This document shows positions 35,860 through 46,028 of a stretch of 64,000 nt of DNA, piece by piece. Source of the DNA: a virus; the IMG/VR virus record IMGVR_UViG_3300042503_000110, positions 1 to 64,000 of that record. One strand, given 5' to 3'. Every line of letters starts with the position of its first letter. Position 1 is the first letter of the stretch. The notes under the pieces are model-generated. The model saw nothing but the letters and a program-made list of their open reading frames with translations, ran no database searches and was not told where the DNA came from. A program made the translations under genes and the position numbers.

Positions 35860-37779
35860 ATGGGACATTGTACTGATTGTTACGGATCTTCGGTTGTAGC
35901 CCCTTGCAGTGATCAAGGTTGCTTATCGACAAACTTTGGTAAGTGTATAACTTACTCAGGTGTAGACTTATTTTGTGCTACAGGCGCAATAGGAAATATT
36001 AGTGTTGGAGGAACTGCTGTGGTTCCTGGGACAACTACTACCCACGCAAACATCTCTGGTACTAACATTACAGGTACTGGTACAGGTGCTACATTCGACG
36101 TAGTTAGAACAGCAGGTTCTAATACGTACAGTGTAATAGTGGCGAACAGAGGTTCTGGGTATGCTGCGCTTAATCAAATTAGAATTTTAGGTACTAGTGT
36201 AGGTGGAGCATCTCCAGCTAATGACATCACTATTACTATTTCTACGTTGAATGCAGTTATTGCTTCAGGAGCTAATCTAGACACTATCATCACCACCTTC
36301 CACAATGCTTTGTGTTCTGGAATAAGTGGTGCAGGAGGATTAGATTACTCTACCTTAAACTACTCTTGTCTTCGTCAGAATGGAGTGCTTACTGGTATTG
36401 GTACTCCAATTACTACTGAAGCTCAATTTGTTCAAGCCGCTGCTGCTGCAATGTGTGCACTTAACACTACACTGCAGGACTACGATGGACAAATTATTCT
36501 AAACAACATTGAAGGAAGTATCCCAGGATTACCTGGTACTTACAATCTAGACCAGTATTTGACTTCTCTTACTTCTTATGTAAACACCATTAGAGGTTAT
36601 GTAGAGATGAATACTGTCTTGGACAATCCTTGCGTAGGTTATGCGTTTACTACTAAACCTAGTACCGATATAATTGCTGATTATATTAACTGGATTACAA
36701 CTAACATGTGCGGAATGTATACTTCATTAAATGGAAGTATTACCAGCACAACTACTACTGCAAATAACTTAAAAACTTATATTGCAGGTGCAGGAACAAT
36801 TCCTTCAGTTGTAAATACATCTACACTTCCTGGAGGTTCTACTACTAGTAATGCTTCAGCAGCGATTACATTGCTTGTTTCACAAGTTGCGTCTATCAAT
36901 ACTGCTTTATCTAGTGTACCATCAGCAAACTACGCATTAACTTGGGCTACTTGTTTCCCAGGATCTTTCCCAGCTAACTCTGTATTCAAGAGTCAAACTT
37001 GGAACTACTCCAATACAGCGACTACTTTACAAACTCAGTTAGACAGAATCGTAGCAGTACTTTCAAGACTTAATATTAAGTTTGACGCTACCTTATTTAC
37101 CGTAGATGCTACGTCTAGTTGTGGTGCTACAATCGGACTTCAGTCAGGAGTTGCATTTACTCCTGCTAGTTTGAATGCTGCTGTCTTGAATGACTTAGGT
37201 GATGTAACAACTTCATCTCTTGTTAATGGAGACTTCTTGACTTACGATACAGGTATTTGGAAAAACAAAGTAGTTACTGTTAAAATCAACGGTTCTACTG
37301 CAAATGTTACTAAGACTGTAAGTGCGAGTGAGATTAGCTTTGACTTAGCAATCACAAGTGCTACTCCAGCTATCTATCCTCTTGCGCCTTTCAACACTGT
37401 AGAGTATACTGTTGCTAATGCTCCAAGATTTCCTATGGGAGGTCAACCTTTTCCTTATGCTGTGTTGCATGGTAATATGGTTACTCTTCATGGAGTATTG
37501 CAAATGAATACAAGTAGTTTTAGCTGGAACCATCTTGGAACTAAGCTGATTGCTACTCTTCCTGCTCCTGTTAGACCTCTTACTACGGATGTTTACTTTA
37601 ACGTAGAACTTTACGTTAAAGTGGGTGCGAACTACTCACCTACGTACACTAGAGCTACAGGACAAATCACACCTACTGGAAACTTAATTCTTCACTTAAT
37701 GAATCCTGCTGGAGGTATTGTACTTACGTCAAGTGATTTAATTGAAGTCTTAATCGGAGGCGTTACCTACGCTATCTAA
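35860..37779 (+). CDS. Tail fibre/spike protein
   Basis: N-terminal C.DC...CITYSG; G.GATF.V...GSGY repeat module; L.DLGDV motif; C-terminal gp37-C-like ..TLP...RP domain. Confidence 0.7.
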   Translation: MGHCTDCYGSSVVAPCSDQGCLSTNFGKCITYSGVDLFCATGAIGNISVGGTAVVPGTTTTHANISGTNITGTGTGATFDVVRTAGSNTYSVIVANRGSGYAALNQIRILGTSVGGASPANDITITISTLNAVIASGANLDTIITTFHNALCSGISGAGGLDYSTLNYSCLRQNGVLTGIGTPITTEAQFVQAAAAAMCALNTTLQDYDGQIILNNIEGSIPGLPGTYNLDQYLTSLTSYVNTIRGYVEMNTVLDNPCVGYAFTTKPSTDIIADYINWITTNMCGMYTSLNGSITSTTTTANNLKTYIAGAGTIPSVVNTSTLPGGSTTSNASAAITLLVSQVASINTALSSVPSANYALTWATCFPGSFPANSVFKSQTWNYSNTATTLQTQLDRIVAVLSRLNIKFDATLFTVDATSSCGATIGLQSGVAFTPASLNAAVLNDLGDVTTSSLVNGDFLTYDTGIWKNKVVTVKINGSTANVTKTVSASEISFDLAITSATPAIYPLAPFNTVEYTVANAPRFPMGGQPFPYAVLHGNMVTLHGVLQMNTSSFSWNHLGTKLIATLPAPVRPLTTDVYFNVELYVKVGANYSPTYTRATGQITPTGNLILHLMNPAGGIVLTSSDLIEVLIGGVTYAI

Positions 37780-37853
37780 AGATATTGGCGGGAATTTAAA
37801 GGTTGGTTTTCCTCGTCTGATGCTGAAATGAGCCTAGGTGACTAGGCTCTTTT
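37780..37853 (+). ncRNA. 3' UTR / candidate 3'-derived sRNA carrying the anti-leader GGTTGGTTTT
   Basis: GGTTGGTTTT (37801-37810) is the exact complement of the AAAACCAACC leaders and is followed by a terminator. Confidence 0.35.
37830..37853 (+). terminator. Rho-independent terminator
   Basis: GAGCCTAG-gtga-CTAGGCTC-TTTT. Confidence 0.8.
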
Positions 37854-37867
37854 AGTTTAATATAAAC

Positions 37868-37897
37868 TTGACTAAAAATGAAATTTAAGTATATTTG
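37868..37897 (+). promoter_or_regulatory. Bacteroidota sigma promoter
   Basis: TTG 37868-37870 (in ACTTGACT), 19-nt spacer, TATATTTG 37890-37897. Confidence 0.75.
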
Positions 37898-37911
37898 TAA
37901 TACCCAGAGTT

Positions 37912-38553
37912 ATGTTAACTAACGGAGAATTAATAGCAAGAGTTAAAAACGCTAACAAATTTGTTAGTGATGATGACGTTATTAGCGATAGGTTCATCTA
38001 TGATTTGCTAAAAGCAAAGGCTTCTGTCCTAGTTAAACGGGAACTAAATCTTCGTAAATTATTAGCTTCAGATAACGTTTATCAAGCATACGAATGTATC
38101 TGTTTAATTGAGGCTCCTGGTGCGGAATGTGACTTAGGGTGTAATATAAGAAGAACTAAAAAGAAACTGCCTAAGATTGAAGAAGGTCTTTATTCCTACT
38201 TTATTCAGGGAGTGTTTAATACATCTAATTCTGAAGAACTTTTTCCTACTACTATTCGCGATTTTATTAATCACGGTAGACTTCGTATTAAGACTCCTAA
38301 GAAGTTTTATACGATACGTAACGGCTATCTTTATGTACTTGATCCCGATGTAGAATCAGTAAACATGTACGCATATTTTACAGAGTCTATAGAAGACATA
38401 GATGGAGTAGAATGTTTGAGCATGTACGACAAAGAATTTAAGATAGCATCTTATCTTATAGATCCTTTGGTTCAATTAGTAAACCAGGAGTTAATTAACT
38501 ACCATAAATTACCAGTTGAGCAAGAGGATAACAACAGAGATGAACAAATATAA
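37912..38553 (+). CDS. Tail ring protein (R2-like)
   Basis: SDD...S.R.I, RT...LP and NGYLY motifs of crAss ring proteins. Confidence 0.7.
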   Translation: MLTNGELIARVKNANKFVSDDDVISDRFIYDLLKAKASVLVKRELNLRKLLASDNVYQAYECICLIEAPGAECDLGCNIRRTKKKLPKIEEGLYSYFIQGVFNTSNSEELFPTTIRDFINHGRLRIKTPKKFYTIRNGYLYVLDPDVESVNMYAYFTESIEDIDGVECLSMYDKEFKIASYLIDPLVQLVNQELINYHKLPVEQEDNNRDEQI

Positions 38554-38555
38554 CT

Positions 38556-39011
38556 ATGGAAGTTAGCCAACCTAAGAAGACACTGAAAAGATTAAGTTCC
38601 GATGTTAATTGTAATAACGCAGCTGCCTATCGGAAGTTTATAAAAGAAACCCAACGTTCTGACATTAGCTACGAAATGTTTTCTAAAATCCCTGAGTTAG
38701 TTCACGAAGAGATGCTTAGAAAATTAAAGTCTGGTCCATACGCAATCTTGATACCGAAACTTGGGGTATTAAAATTAATTAAAGTAATTCCCTACATTAA
38801 GGGACATGCTTTGATAGACTGGGGCAGATACAATAAGACAAAAGTGTGGGCTCCTTATAGAAACAATCACTCCGATGGTTATATTTATAAGACACATCTC
38901 TACACTTACACAAGAAAGTACCCAAACCTAGGTCTTTTTGAGTTTCAAGTAATTCGTAAACATCAAAGAGAACTAGCACAACTTATAAAAAATAACGAAC
39001 TAAACCGATGA
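38556..39011 (+). CDS. IHF-like protein of the crAss tail block
   Basis: IP.LG.L...IDW......Y.N.HSDGY, located between ring genes. Confidence 0.6.
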   Translation: MEVSQPKKTLKRLSSDVNCNNAAAYRKFIKETQRSDISYEMFSKIPELVHEEMLRKLKSGPYAILIPKLGVLKLIKVIPYIKGHALIDWGRYNKTKVWAPYRNNHSDGYIYKTHLYTYTRKYPNLGLFEFQVIRKHQRELAQLIKNNELNR

Positions 39012-39844
39012 AGTACGAGCACATAAACTTCATATCTTCTGAGCCTCTTATTGCGGAGGTTAAACAAGAGCTTAAAAGTTACTTTGAGTCAGGGGCTATC
39101 TCTGAAGTTTTAGTACCTACTTTCATAGACCAGGCTTTACGTAAGTTAAAGGTAATGGTGCTTACTCCAGAGGATGTTGTATTGCACTTTGTAAATTATA
39201 AGTCTGAGTTGCCCTGCAACTTTGCTCTTTTAGATCGAGCAACATTGTATGATTCTGATATTACGTTCTCTTCAGGTATGACATCTCTTAAGGGGTACTG
39301 GTATCAATCTTACGAAGTTCTAGAAGGCTGCGTAGACTGTACTCCTAAGACGGAATACTTTGAGCAGTTAATGATTCCTACTCCTGGCTTTAAAATAACT
39401 ATGAAGAATCCAAAGTGGGTAAGAGTTTATCACGGATCAAAAGCTTTATGTACTGAAGGTTGTCCTAACCTAAACGAGCCTAGTCCTGATATTATCCAAA
39501 TACACGATAACAAAACAGTTAGTTCTTCTTTTGAAGAGGGCTGTGTGTACGTAAGATATTTCTCTAGACCAATGGATGATGATGGAATCCCTACTGTGCC
39601 TGAGATACTTGAGGTCGAGGAATACGTTAAATCTTATATGAAGTTTAAATTCTTTGAAATGTTGTGGCACTCACAGATTGACGAAAGTGCAGCACAGGTA
39701 GAACGAAAATTTCAATACTACAAACAAGATCAATTAAATAAACTACAAGCTGCCTTTGCTTATCTTTTGACTAAGACTAAACAACAAAGTGCGGACAGTG
39801 TAGTAAAAGGACGTAAACAGTTTGTTAAGTTTCATATCAAGTAA
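39008..39844 (+). CDS. Tail ring protein (R1 / tail tubular protein-like)
   Basis: ELP.NF and SF..G...+.Y...P.D.DG.P..P motifs; immediately before the muzzle. Confidence 0.7.
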   Translation: MKYEHINFISSEPLIAEVKQELKSYFESGAISEVLVPTFIDQALRKLKVMVLTPEDVVLHFVNYKSELPCNFALLDRATLYDSDITFSSGMTSLKGYWYQSYEVLEGCVDCTPKTEYFEQLMIPTPGFKITMKNPKWVRVYHGSKALCTEGCPNLNEPSPDIIQIHDNKTVSSSFEEGCVYVRYFSRPMDDDGIPTVPEILEVEEYVKSYMKFKFFEMLWHSQIDESAAQVERKFQYYKQDQLNKLQAAFAYLLTKTKQQSADSVVKGRKQFVKFHIK

Positions 39845-42800
39845 TGGAGAATAAAATAAATCAGAACCTCATTGGTCTTAATTTAGATGCTATTACTTGG
39901 CAAGTAAAGGAAAACCAAATTACGTGGGCATTGAACGCAAACATTCAAGCGCACGATGGAGATTCTATTACCTATACAAATGAACCAGGAAACACTCCTT
40001 GTTACTCTTTTACGGAAGGGCAATTAGCGGGATTTAAAGTTGTAGGATTTACTAACATTGTAGAGCAATCTAAAGTTATTTTATTTCTTACTCACCCTGA
40101 TGGAAGATCTCGTATAGGACAAATTACTTCGATAAATGATTCTTGTCTTGACATAGAAATAACTGAAAAGGACTGTGGTTGTAAAGAAGGAACTGTAATT
40201 ACTGAAGGAGTAGTTGTATCTAACTTACCTAACGTAGAGATTATTCCTACCTGTCCTGATGGATATTATTATGACCCAGCAGACCAGCTCTGCAAAAGAA
40301 TCCAATATGCTCAGCCTGAGATACAGAAAGAAACATTTGTTCTAACAGCAACTAATAACTCAGCTTTTGGATTTATGAATCCTGTCCTCTATGATGAAGG
40401 CTGGAACTCTAGAGGTTGGGGTGGTAATGGTTCTTTTAATAATGGAATAACCCGTCTAACTCTACCTTGGTGGAGATTCAATGGGACACCAGGAAATCCT
40501 GGACGTATTAACGAAATAGCTGTAAGAATTTCTTCAGGGTCTGTTGTAAATACTTGGTTAAGTTTTACTACTACTTTGTGTGTGGCTGAAGAGAAAGTAT
40601 ACTACTTTGCTATTGCAGCAGACAATGCTTTTAGAGCAAAGTTAGATGGTGTTACTATTCTTGACCCGACTTTATCTTCTTTGTATGATATCTCTGGATT
40701 AGAAGACCAATGGAGAACAAATGTATTTGGTTCTCCTACAGCAGTCAATGCAGATCGCATAGGCTATGGTATGCTTCACATCTACCCATTAAGACTTACT
40801 GCGGGAAACCATATTCTACAACTTGAGTATGTTGACTATGGTACTCCTCAAATGATTGCTGCTGAGATTTACGATAATACTCATGCTGAGATAATCGCAG
40901 CTACTTCTATTGGAGACCTTGATTTAATTTGGACTACCGACAACCAAACCCAAGTAGAATCTATAACAGCAATAGACTGCCCTGATGGATACACTTTAGG
41001 AGCAGATGAAGATTGTAATTTAAGTTGCGTACTCAAAATTGAGAGTGAACCTACTTATGTACAAAGCGCACCTTCTTGTTGTAAGTACGAAGACATTGTA
41101 GTCGATGACTGCCAAGATATTTGTCCAGACTCTTGCTATGAATACGTAGTAGGATTTATACCTAACAATGCTACTGTTGTAGTGGATGGGGTTACTACTG
41201 TTATTCCCGACCCTGTATCAAGTATTGAGAAGACATTTAGTTACGTTGATTGTTTAGGTAATCCTGTTTCAAACTTTATCTTAGGAGACAATAAAAGATT
41301 CACAGCAAGAAAAGGAACTCTTGAACTAAACCACAAGAGGCTTATCATCTTCCAGGAAACAAAAGTTATTGACCCAGCAACTCCTACATTCTCTAAAGAC
41401 AACTGTTGTTTAAAGTTTGATATTGCATTTCCTATCAATGCAGAATATCGCATAGACGAGTGTGAGACTAAAATTTATTATGTAGGACGTAATATTCCGC
41501 CTAGATACTTCTCTATTGAATATCCTTACGGAAGAGATTCCTGTGGAAATTCTAGAGATTGTATTAAAGACTCTTGCGAAGACTCTAAGTTGTTTCCTGA
41601 CTTCTGTATTCCAGAAGTTCACGCAACTAGCGTAGATAGTAACGGACAGTTAAAAGCAGGGGTTTATTCTTTTGCCATAGCTTATGCAGACGAGCAGGGA
41701 ATTGAACTTACTGACTACTGTGACCTTACTAATCCTATTCCTGTATTTGAGCGTAGCATTACTGAACAAACAGAATACGTTACTTCTAAGTCAATAAGTG
41801 TACAAGTTCAGCATAAGACTAGAATCTTTGAATACTTTAACTTAGTAGTAGCTGAGAACGTAAACACAGTTACTAACTATCACTTAGTAGGAACCTACAG
41901 AGTAAATCAATACACCGACCAAGATACGTTGACTTACACAGGGGACTTTAAATCTACGTTCTCTTCTATTGTACCTCTTATTAGATCTCCTCACTATGAG
42001 ACTGCAAACATTATTGAGAAACAAAACGACATCTTAATGATTGCAGACCTAGAAGAGTTTCCTAAATTTAACTTTCAACCGTTTGCCTCTAAGCTGAATC
42101 TTTTCTGGGAGACAGTAGAGATGCCAGCAGATAATGATTTAGACTACTCTTCTCCCGAAGTTGCCTACTTCTTCCGCACTTATCAGCGTGACGAGGTGTA
42201 TGCTTTTGGTATAAAGTTTAGATTAAAGAACGGAAAGTATACAGACGTATTCCATATTCCTGGAAGAAGACCTGACTCCAATGATCTTGAATTAGAATCT
42301 TCTGCTACAAACAAAGACGTATTTGTAGCCGAGACTGATTGTTTGATTCCAGACTCTTCTCCTAGATGGAAAGTTTACAATACCGCAGGATTTGGTGGTT
42401 CAGTTTTAAAAGACCCTGACTTAGCTAACGATATTGAAAAACAATACAACTGCGCTATTACTGTACACGAGCGTGGACAGTTTGCTTATTGGGAATCTAT
42501 TGATGTGTATCCTTGCTACGATGAAATTTGGGAACAATCAACTGACCCTAACGCACCTTACTTTAATCCAGATGCTTTAGCGGGTAAACCTATCCGTCAC
42601 CATAAGTTTCCTGACTCTGCAATTTCGCACATTCACGGAAACAAAAGATTAACTACAGAGTTATTCAACGACCAAATAGGAAACGAATCTACTAGTGTAC
42701 TATATCCTGTAGGAGTTCGTTTAAATGAAGAACTAATTGTTGCGCTTCTAAACGAAAAACTACCTAACGGTCAATACAAACACACAGTGTTTGATCCCAT

Positions 42801-45800
42801 CAACAAAAAGAACGTACCAATCAAAGATGTAATCTGTGGCTACGAGCTAGTTAGGGGCAATCGTGTAGGTAATAAGTCTGTAGTAGCTAAAGGTCTTTTA
42901 TATGATGTAGGGGAGTTTGAAGATACTTCTGGGGACGGAGTTGCCAAAAAGTACTACTATTCTAATTATCCCTATAACGATTTGCGTGTAGATCCATTTT
43001 TGCGCATAGACTCTAAATGGTACAATGACAGTAGAGGACCGAGATTAGGTTGGCTAGGCATTCCGTTAGGAGGAAATGATTTAAACGACTCAATTGTACC
43101 AAGATTAAATGGATTTAAAACATACTCTGACAATGGTGGAAATAATAGATATACTTTTTACTCTCCAGACACTTCTTTCCAATATCCTAAGATTGGTACG
43201 GAACTAAAATTAGAGACCGTAGAATTTGGTAAAGTATTTGGGCACTTTGTTTCTGTACTTGAGCACCCAAGATATAGATTCTTAGATAAAGGGACATACT
43301 TTGACGCTGGGCTTTTAGCAGGTCTAACTTCGGTAGACCTTGAAGGAGATACACAAGTTGACGCTAGTGTTACAGGCGGGCTTAGAAATACAGTACGTCC
43401 TGGTATTCGTTACGATAGGATGTTGGTTAACGAGCAGATTATTTTGGATATAGTAGAGAAACTTATTCCATTTGTAAACTTTGCCTACCAATATAACTCT
43501 ATTGCAAACTACAATCAGTTTATTTCAATAGATCCTCAGCGTACTTTAAGTCATCGTGGACAGTCTAGAAGATTTATTGAGTTAGGGTATTATGCAAATG
43601 AACGTATAGTTCAAGTATTTGATGATGCTCCTTTACACAATAGACTTAGAGAAACTTCAGTTTATCTTAAACTAAAAGATTTCTTACCTCAACACGAATC
43701 TCAAATCTTTGATGACAGTCGTTACTTAGCATCTGAGCACAGAGGTGCGCCTACTGACCTAAACGAAGACAAGAAAACTAGAGCATACTATGCCTCAGTT
43801 AAAAGACAATTCCCTAATCAGTACGGAGTAGTCGAGAATCTTAAGTACGTATCTACTGGATACAAGCAAGATGTTATCTTAGACATAAACGGAGAAGCGA
43901 CTGTAGAGTACAAATACTATCCTGCATTTGGTGGAGATACTTATATTACTCCATTTGCTTTAAAACGTAAACACTCGTTCTTTACTCGTAACTTGGTAAA
44001 CCTTCCAGCCAAAGTAGATGAGGTTCCTTTTGACTACTGGTTATTCCCTAACATGGCATATCCAACTTACTTTATAGGAACGTCTACTGAAGCTGCGGAC
44101 ATTACTGCAGTTGATTTTGCTACTGCAGCTGGTGTAATTATTCTTGGAATAACTGGAATTACTTTAGGTGCAAGTTTAACAGGTGCGGTAGCAGTAGTAG
44201 CATTAGTTGCAAGTAATGCACTAATTTTAACAGGAATTAATGCTTTGTGGTCAAAGTTTGTAAAGAAAACTGCACTAGACAAAAACCAACAGCATCGTTA
44301 CTATAAAGATGGTATCTTCTACACAGCTTCTTACGGTATTCCTATTTTCTTTGTAGAGTCAGATGTTAACGTACACTTCCGTCACGGAAGAGATATGGAC
44401 AAAGAAAACTTCTACCCTAACGTAGGTGGAGGTGTGCCTGATGAGTGGTTACAAGAAGCTACTGTACCAATTAAGTTTGATAACTTCTATCATTACAACG
44501 CGACTTACTCTGCACAGAATCAATCTCCTAACTTCCCTTACAAATTAAAGTACCCTAATCTTGAGTGTATTATTAATCATCAGAACAGAGTAATCTACTC
44601 TGACCAAGCAAGTGATTCTAATCTTACTTCAGATAAGTGGTTAGCTTTCCGCCCAGGTAACTTCTATGACTTCCCTAAACAAGGTGGTCGTTTGATTGAC
44701 TTGAACGCAGGGGAGAGTGAAAGAGTATATGCTAGGTTTGAAAATACCACAAAGGTTTACAATGCACGTATTGTCCTTAGCTCTACTTCTCCTTACCAGT
44801 TAGAGATAGGTAACGCAGATATGTTTAAACAGAAACCTGTAGACTTATCAGCAACTGACTTGGGCTATATTGGATCGCAGCACAAAGCGTACATACGTTG
44901 TGAGTACGGAACCTTCTGGGTAGACGCTAAACGTGGTCACGTATACCAAATCACAGGTGGAGGATTTAACGAGATTAAATCTGAACTTAACTACAATTGG
45001 TTCAAAGAAAATCTTCCTTTCCAAATCTTAAAAGATTTCCCTGAAGCAGATGTAGACAGTCCTTCTTTAGGTATTGGTATTGTAATGGGCTGGGACGAGA
45101 GATTTGAGCGTGTCTTTATCACTAAACTAGATTATAGAGTAAGACCTCAATATCTTCAAGGACCTGCTAAGATTGAATACATCACCGACAGATTAGATGC
45201 CGATTACAAGTACTATGTGTTGAACGATAATGGAGTTAAGACTAGAGTAGACTTTAGCAATAAACTATACTTTGAGAATAAGTCGTGGACTGTAGCCTAC
45301 AGCCCTAAGATGAAAAACTTTATCTCATTCTACTCATTCTTACCGAACTTCTTTATTTCCCAACTAGGTAACTTCCAGACTATCATCACTACTCCTGCAG
45401 GTTCTTCTTTGTGGAATCATAACTTAAGTCCATACTTGTATCAGACTTATTATGGCAAACTATATCCTTACATCATAGAGTACTTAGTAAATACTATTCC
45501 GATGAATGGTAGCGTCACAAGTGTTTCTATGATTCTAGATATCCAAGAGTACTTCTCTAAATACGAGTACTACTCATTAGGAACTACTAACAACAAGAAT
45601 ACTGCAAACTTCACAAAAGCGATTATCTATAACAGAGAGCAGTCGTCAGGTATTATCAGCTTAGTTCCTGAGATTTACGGCAACACTCGTCAAAAGGTTT
45701 TGTATCCAAGAATGACAACTAACGGTATTGAAACTCTTTTATCTAGAAGAGAAAACAAATACACGTTTAATGGCTTCTGGAACATAGCCGCACAAGCGAA

Positions 45801-46020
45801 TGGTCAACCTCTTTGGACTACTAAGTGGGATGATTTACAGAACAACTACTTTATAGATAAACTACCAAACACAAAAGCTATTAGAAATTTAAGTATTGCT
45901 TATCAGAAAAATAAGATAAAGTCTGACTTTACGAAAGTTAGATTAATACAAGATAAGTATAATAGATATAAATTTGTGAATAATCTACAAATAACACAAC
46001 TAAATAACACTACCTTATAA
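39844..46020 (+). CDS. Muzzle / tail stabilisation protein (P22 gp10-like), with insertions
   Basis: GLNLD...ALNA N-terminus; G.L..GVY.F...Y, Y.RDEVY.FG, IRHHKFP, FGGDTYI, YIGSQ and SWT..YS.....F.S..SF motifs. Confidence 0.8.
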   Translation: MENKINQNLIGLNLDAITWQVKENQITWALNANIQAHDGDSITYTNEPGNTPCYSFTEGQLAGFKVVGFTNIVEQSKVILFLTHPDGRSRIGQITSINDSCLDIEITEKDCGCKEGTVITEGVVVSNLPNVEIIPTCPDGYYYDPADQLCKRIQYAQPEIQKETFVLTATNNSAFGFMNPVLYDEGWNSRGWGGNGSFNNGITRLTLPWWRFNGTPGNPGRINEIAVRISSGSVVNTWLSFTTTLCVAEEKVYYFAIAADNAFRAKLDGVTILDPTLSSLYDISGLEDQWRTNVFGSPTAVNADRIGYGMLHIYPLRLTAGNHILQLEYVDYGTPQMIAAEIYDNTHAEIIAATSIGDLDLIWTTDNQTQVESITAIDCPDGYTLGADEDCNLSCVLKIESEPTYVQSAPSCCKYEDIVVDDCQDICPDSCYEYVVGFIPNNATVVVDGVTTVIPDPVSSIEKTFSYVDCLGNPVSNFILGDNKRFTARKGTLELNHKRLIIFQETKVIDPATPTFSKDNCCLKFDIAFPINAEYRIDECETKIYYVGRNIPPRYFSIEYPYGRDSCGNSRDCIKDSCEDSKLFPDFCIPEVHATSVDSNGQLKAGVYSFAIAYADEQGIELTDYCDLTNPIPVFERSITEQTEYVTSKSISVQVQHKTRIFEYFNLVVAENVNTVTNYHLVGTYRVNQYTDQDTLTYTGDFKSTFSSIVPLIRSPHYETANIIEKQNDILMIADLEEFPKFNFQPFASKLNLFWETVEMPADNDLDYSSPEVAYFFRTYQRDEVYAFGIKFRLKNGKYTDVFHIPGRRPDSNDLELESSATNKDVFVAETDCLIPDSSPRWKVYNTAGFGGSVLKDPDLANDIEKQYNCAITVHERGQFAYWESIDVYPCYDEIWEQSTDPNAPYFNPDALAGKPIRHHKFPDSAISHIHGNKRLTTELFNDQIGNESTSVLYPVGVRLNEELIVALLNEKLPNGQYKHTVFDPINKKNVPIKDVICGYELVRGNRVGNKSVVAKGLLYDVGEFEDTSGDGVAKKYYYSNYPYNDLRVDPFLRIDSKWYNDSRGPRLGWLGIPLGGNDLNDSIVPRLNGFKTYSDNGGNNRYTFYSPDTSFQYPKIGTELKLETVEFGKVFGHFVSVLEHPRYRFLDKGTYFDAGLLAGLTSVDLEGDTQVDASVTGGLRNTVRPGIRYDRMLVNEQIILDIVEKLIPFVNFAYQYNSIANYNQFISIDPQRTLSHRGQSRRFIELGYYANERIVQVFDDAPLHNRLRETSVYLKLKDFLPQHESQIFDDSRYLASEHRGAPTDLNEDKKTRAYYASVKRQFPNQYGVVENLKYVSTGYKQDVILDINGEATVEYKYYPAFGGDTYITPFALKRKHSFFTRNLVNLPAKVDEVPFDYWLFPNMAYPTYFIGTSTEAADITAVDFATAAGVIILGITGITLGASLTGAVAVVALVASNALILTGINALWSKFVKKTALDKNQQHRYYKDGIFYTASYGIPIFFVESDVNVHFRHGRDMDKENFYPNVGGGVPDEWLQEATVPIKFDNFYHYNATYSAQNQSPNFPYKLKYPNLECIINHQNRVIYSDQASDSNLTSDKWLAFRPGNFYDFPKQGGRLIDLNAGESERVYARFENTTKVYNARIVLSSTSPYQLEIGNADMFKQKPVDLSATDLGYIGSQHKAYIRCEYGTFWVDAKRGHVYQITGGGFNEIKSELNYNWFKENLPFQILKDFPEADVDSPSLGIGIVMGWDERFERVFITKLDYRVRPQYLQGPAKIEYITDRLDADYKYYVLNDNGVKTRVDFSNKLYFENKSWTVAYSPKMKNFISFYSFLPNFFISQLGNFQTIITTPAGSSLWNHNLSPYLYQTYYGKLYPYIIEYLVNTIPMNGSVTSVSMILDIQEYFSKYEYYSLGTTNNKNTANFTKAIIYNREQSSGIISLVPEIYGNTRQKVLYPRMTTNGIETLLSRRENKYTFNGFWNIAAQANGQPLWTTKWDDLQNNYFIDKLPNTKAIRNLSIAYQKNKIKSDFTKVRLIQDKYNRYKFVNNLQITQLNNTTL

Positions 46021-46028
46021 CTACCGCT

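Noticed and set aside
37817-37830. Hammerhead ribozyme core (CTGATG...GAAA)
   Set aside because: The sequence is CTGATGCTGAAA: it lacks CUGANGA and stem II, and no flanking stems I or III were found.
45969-45976. Internal promoter TAAATTTG upstream of the ferritin-like gene
   Set aside because: It lies inside coding sequence with no TTG at the 19-nt spacing and may be chance in AT-rich DNA.
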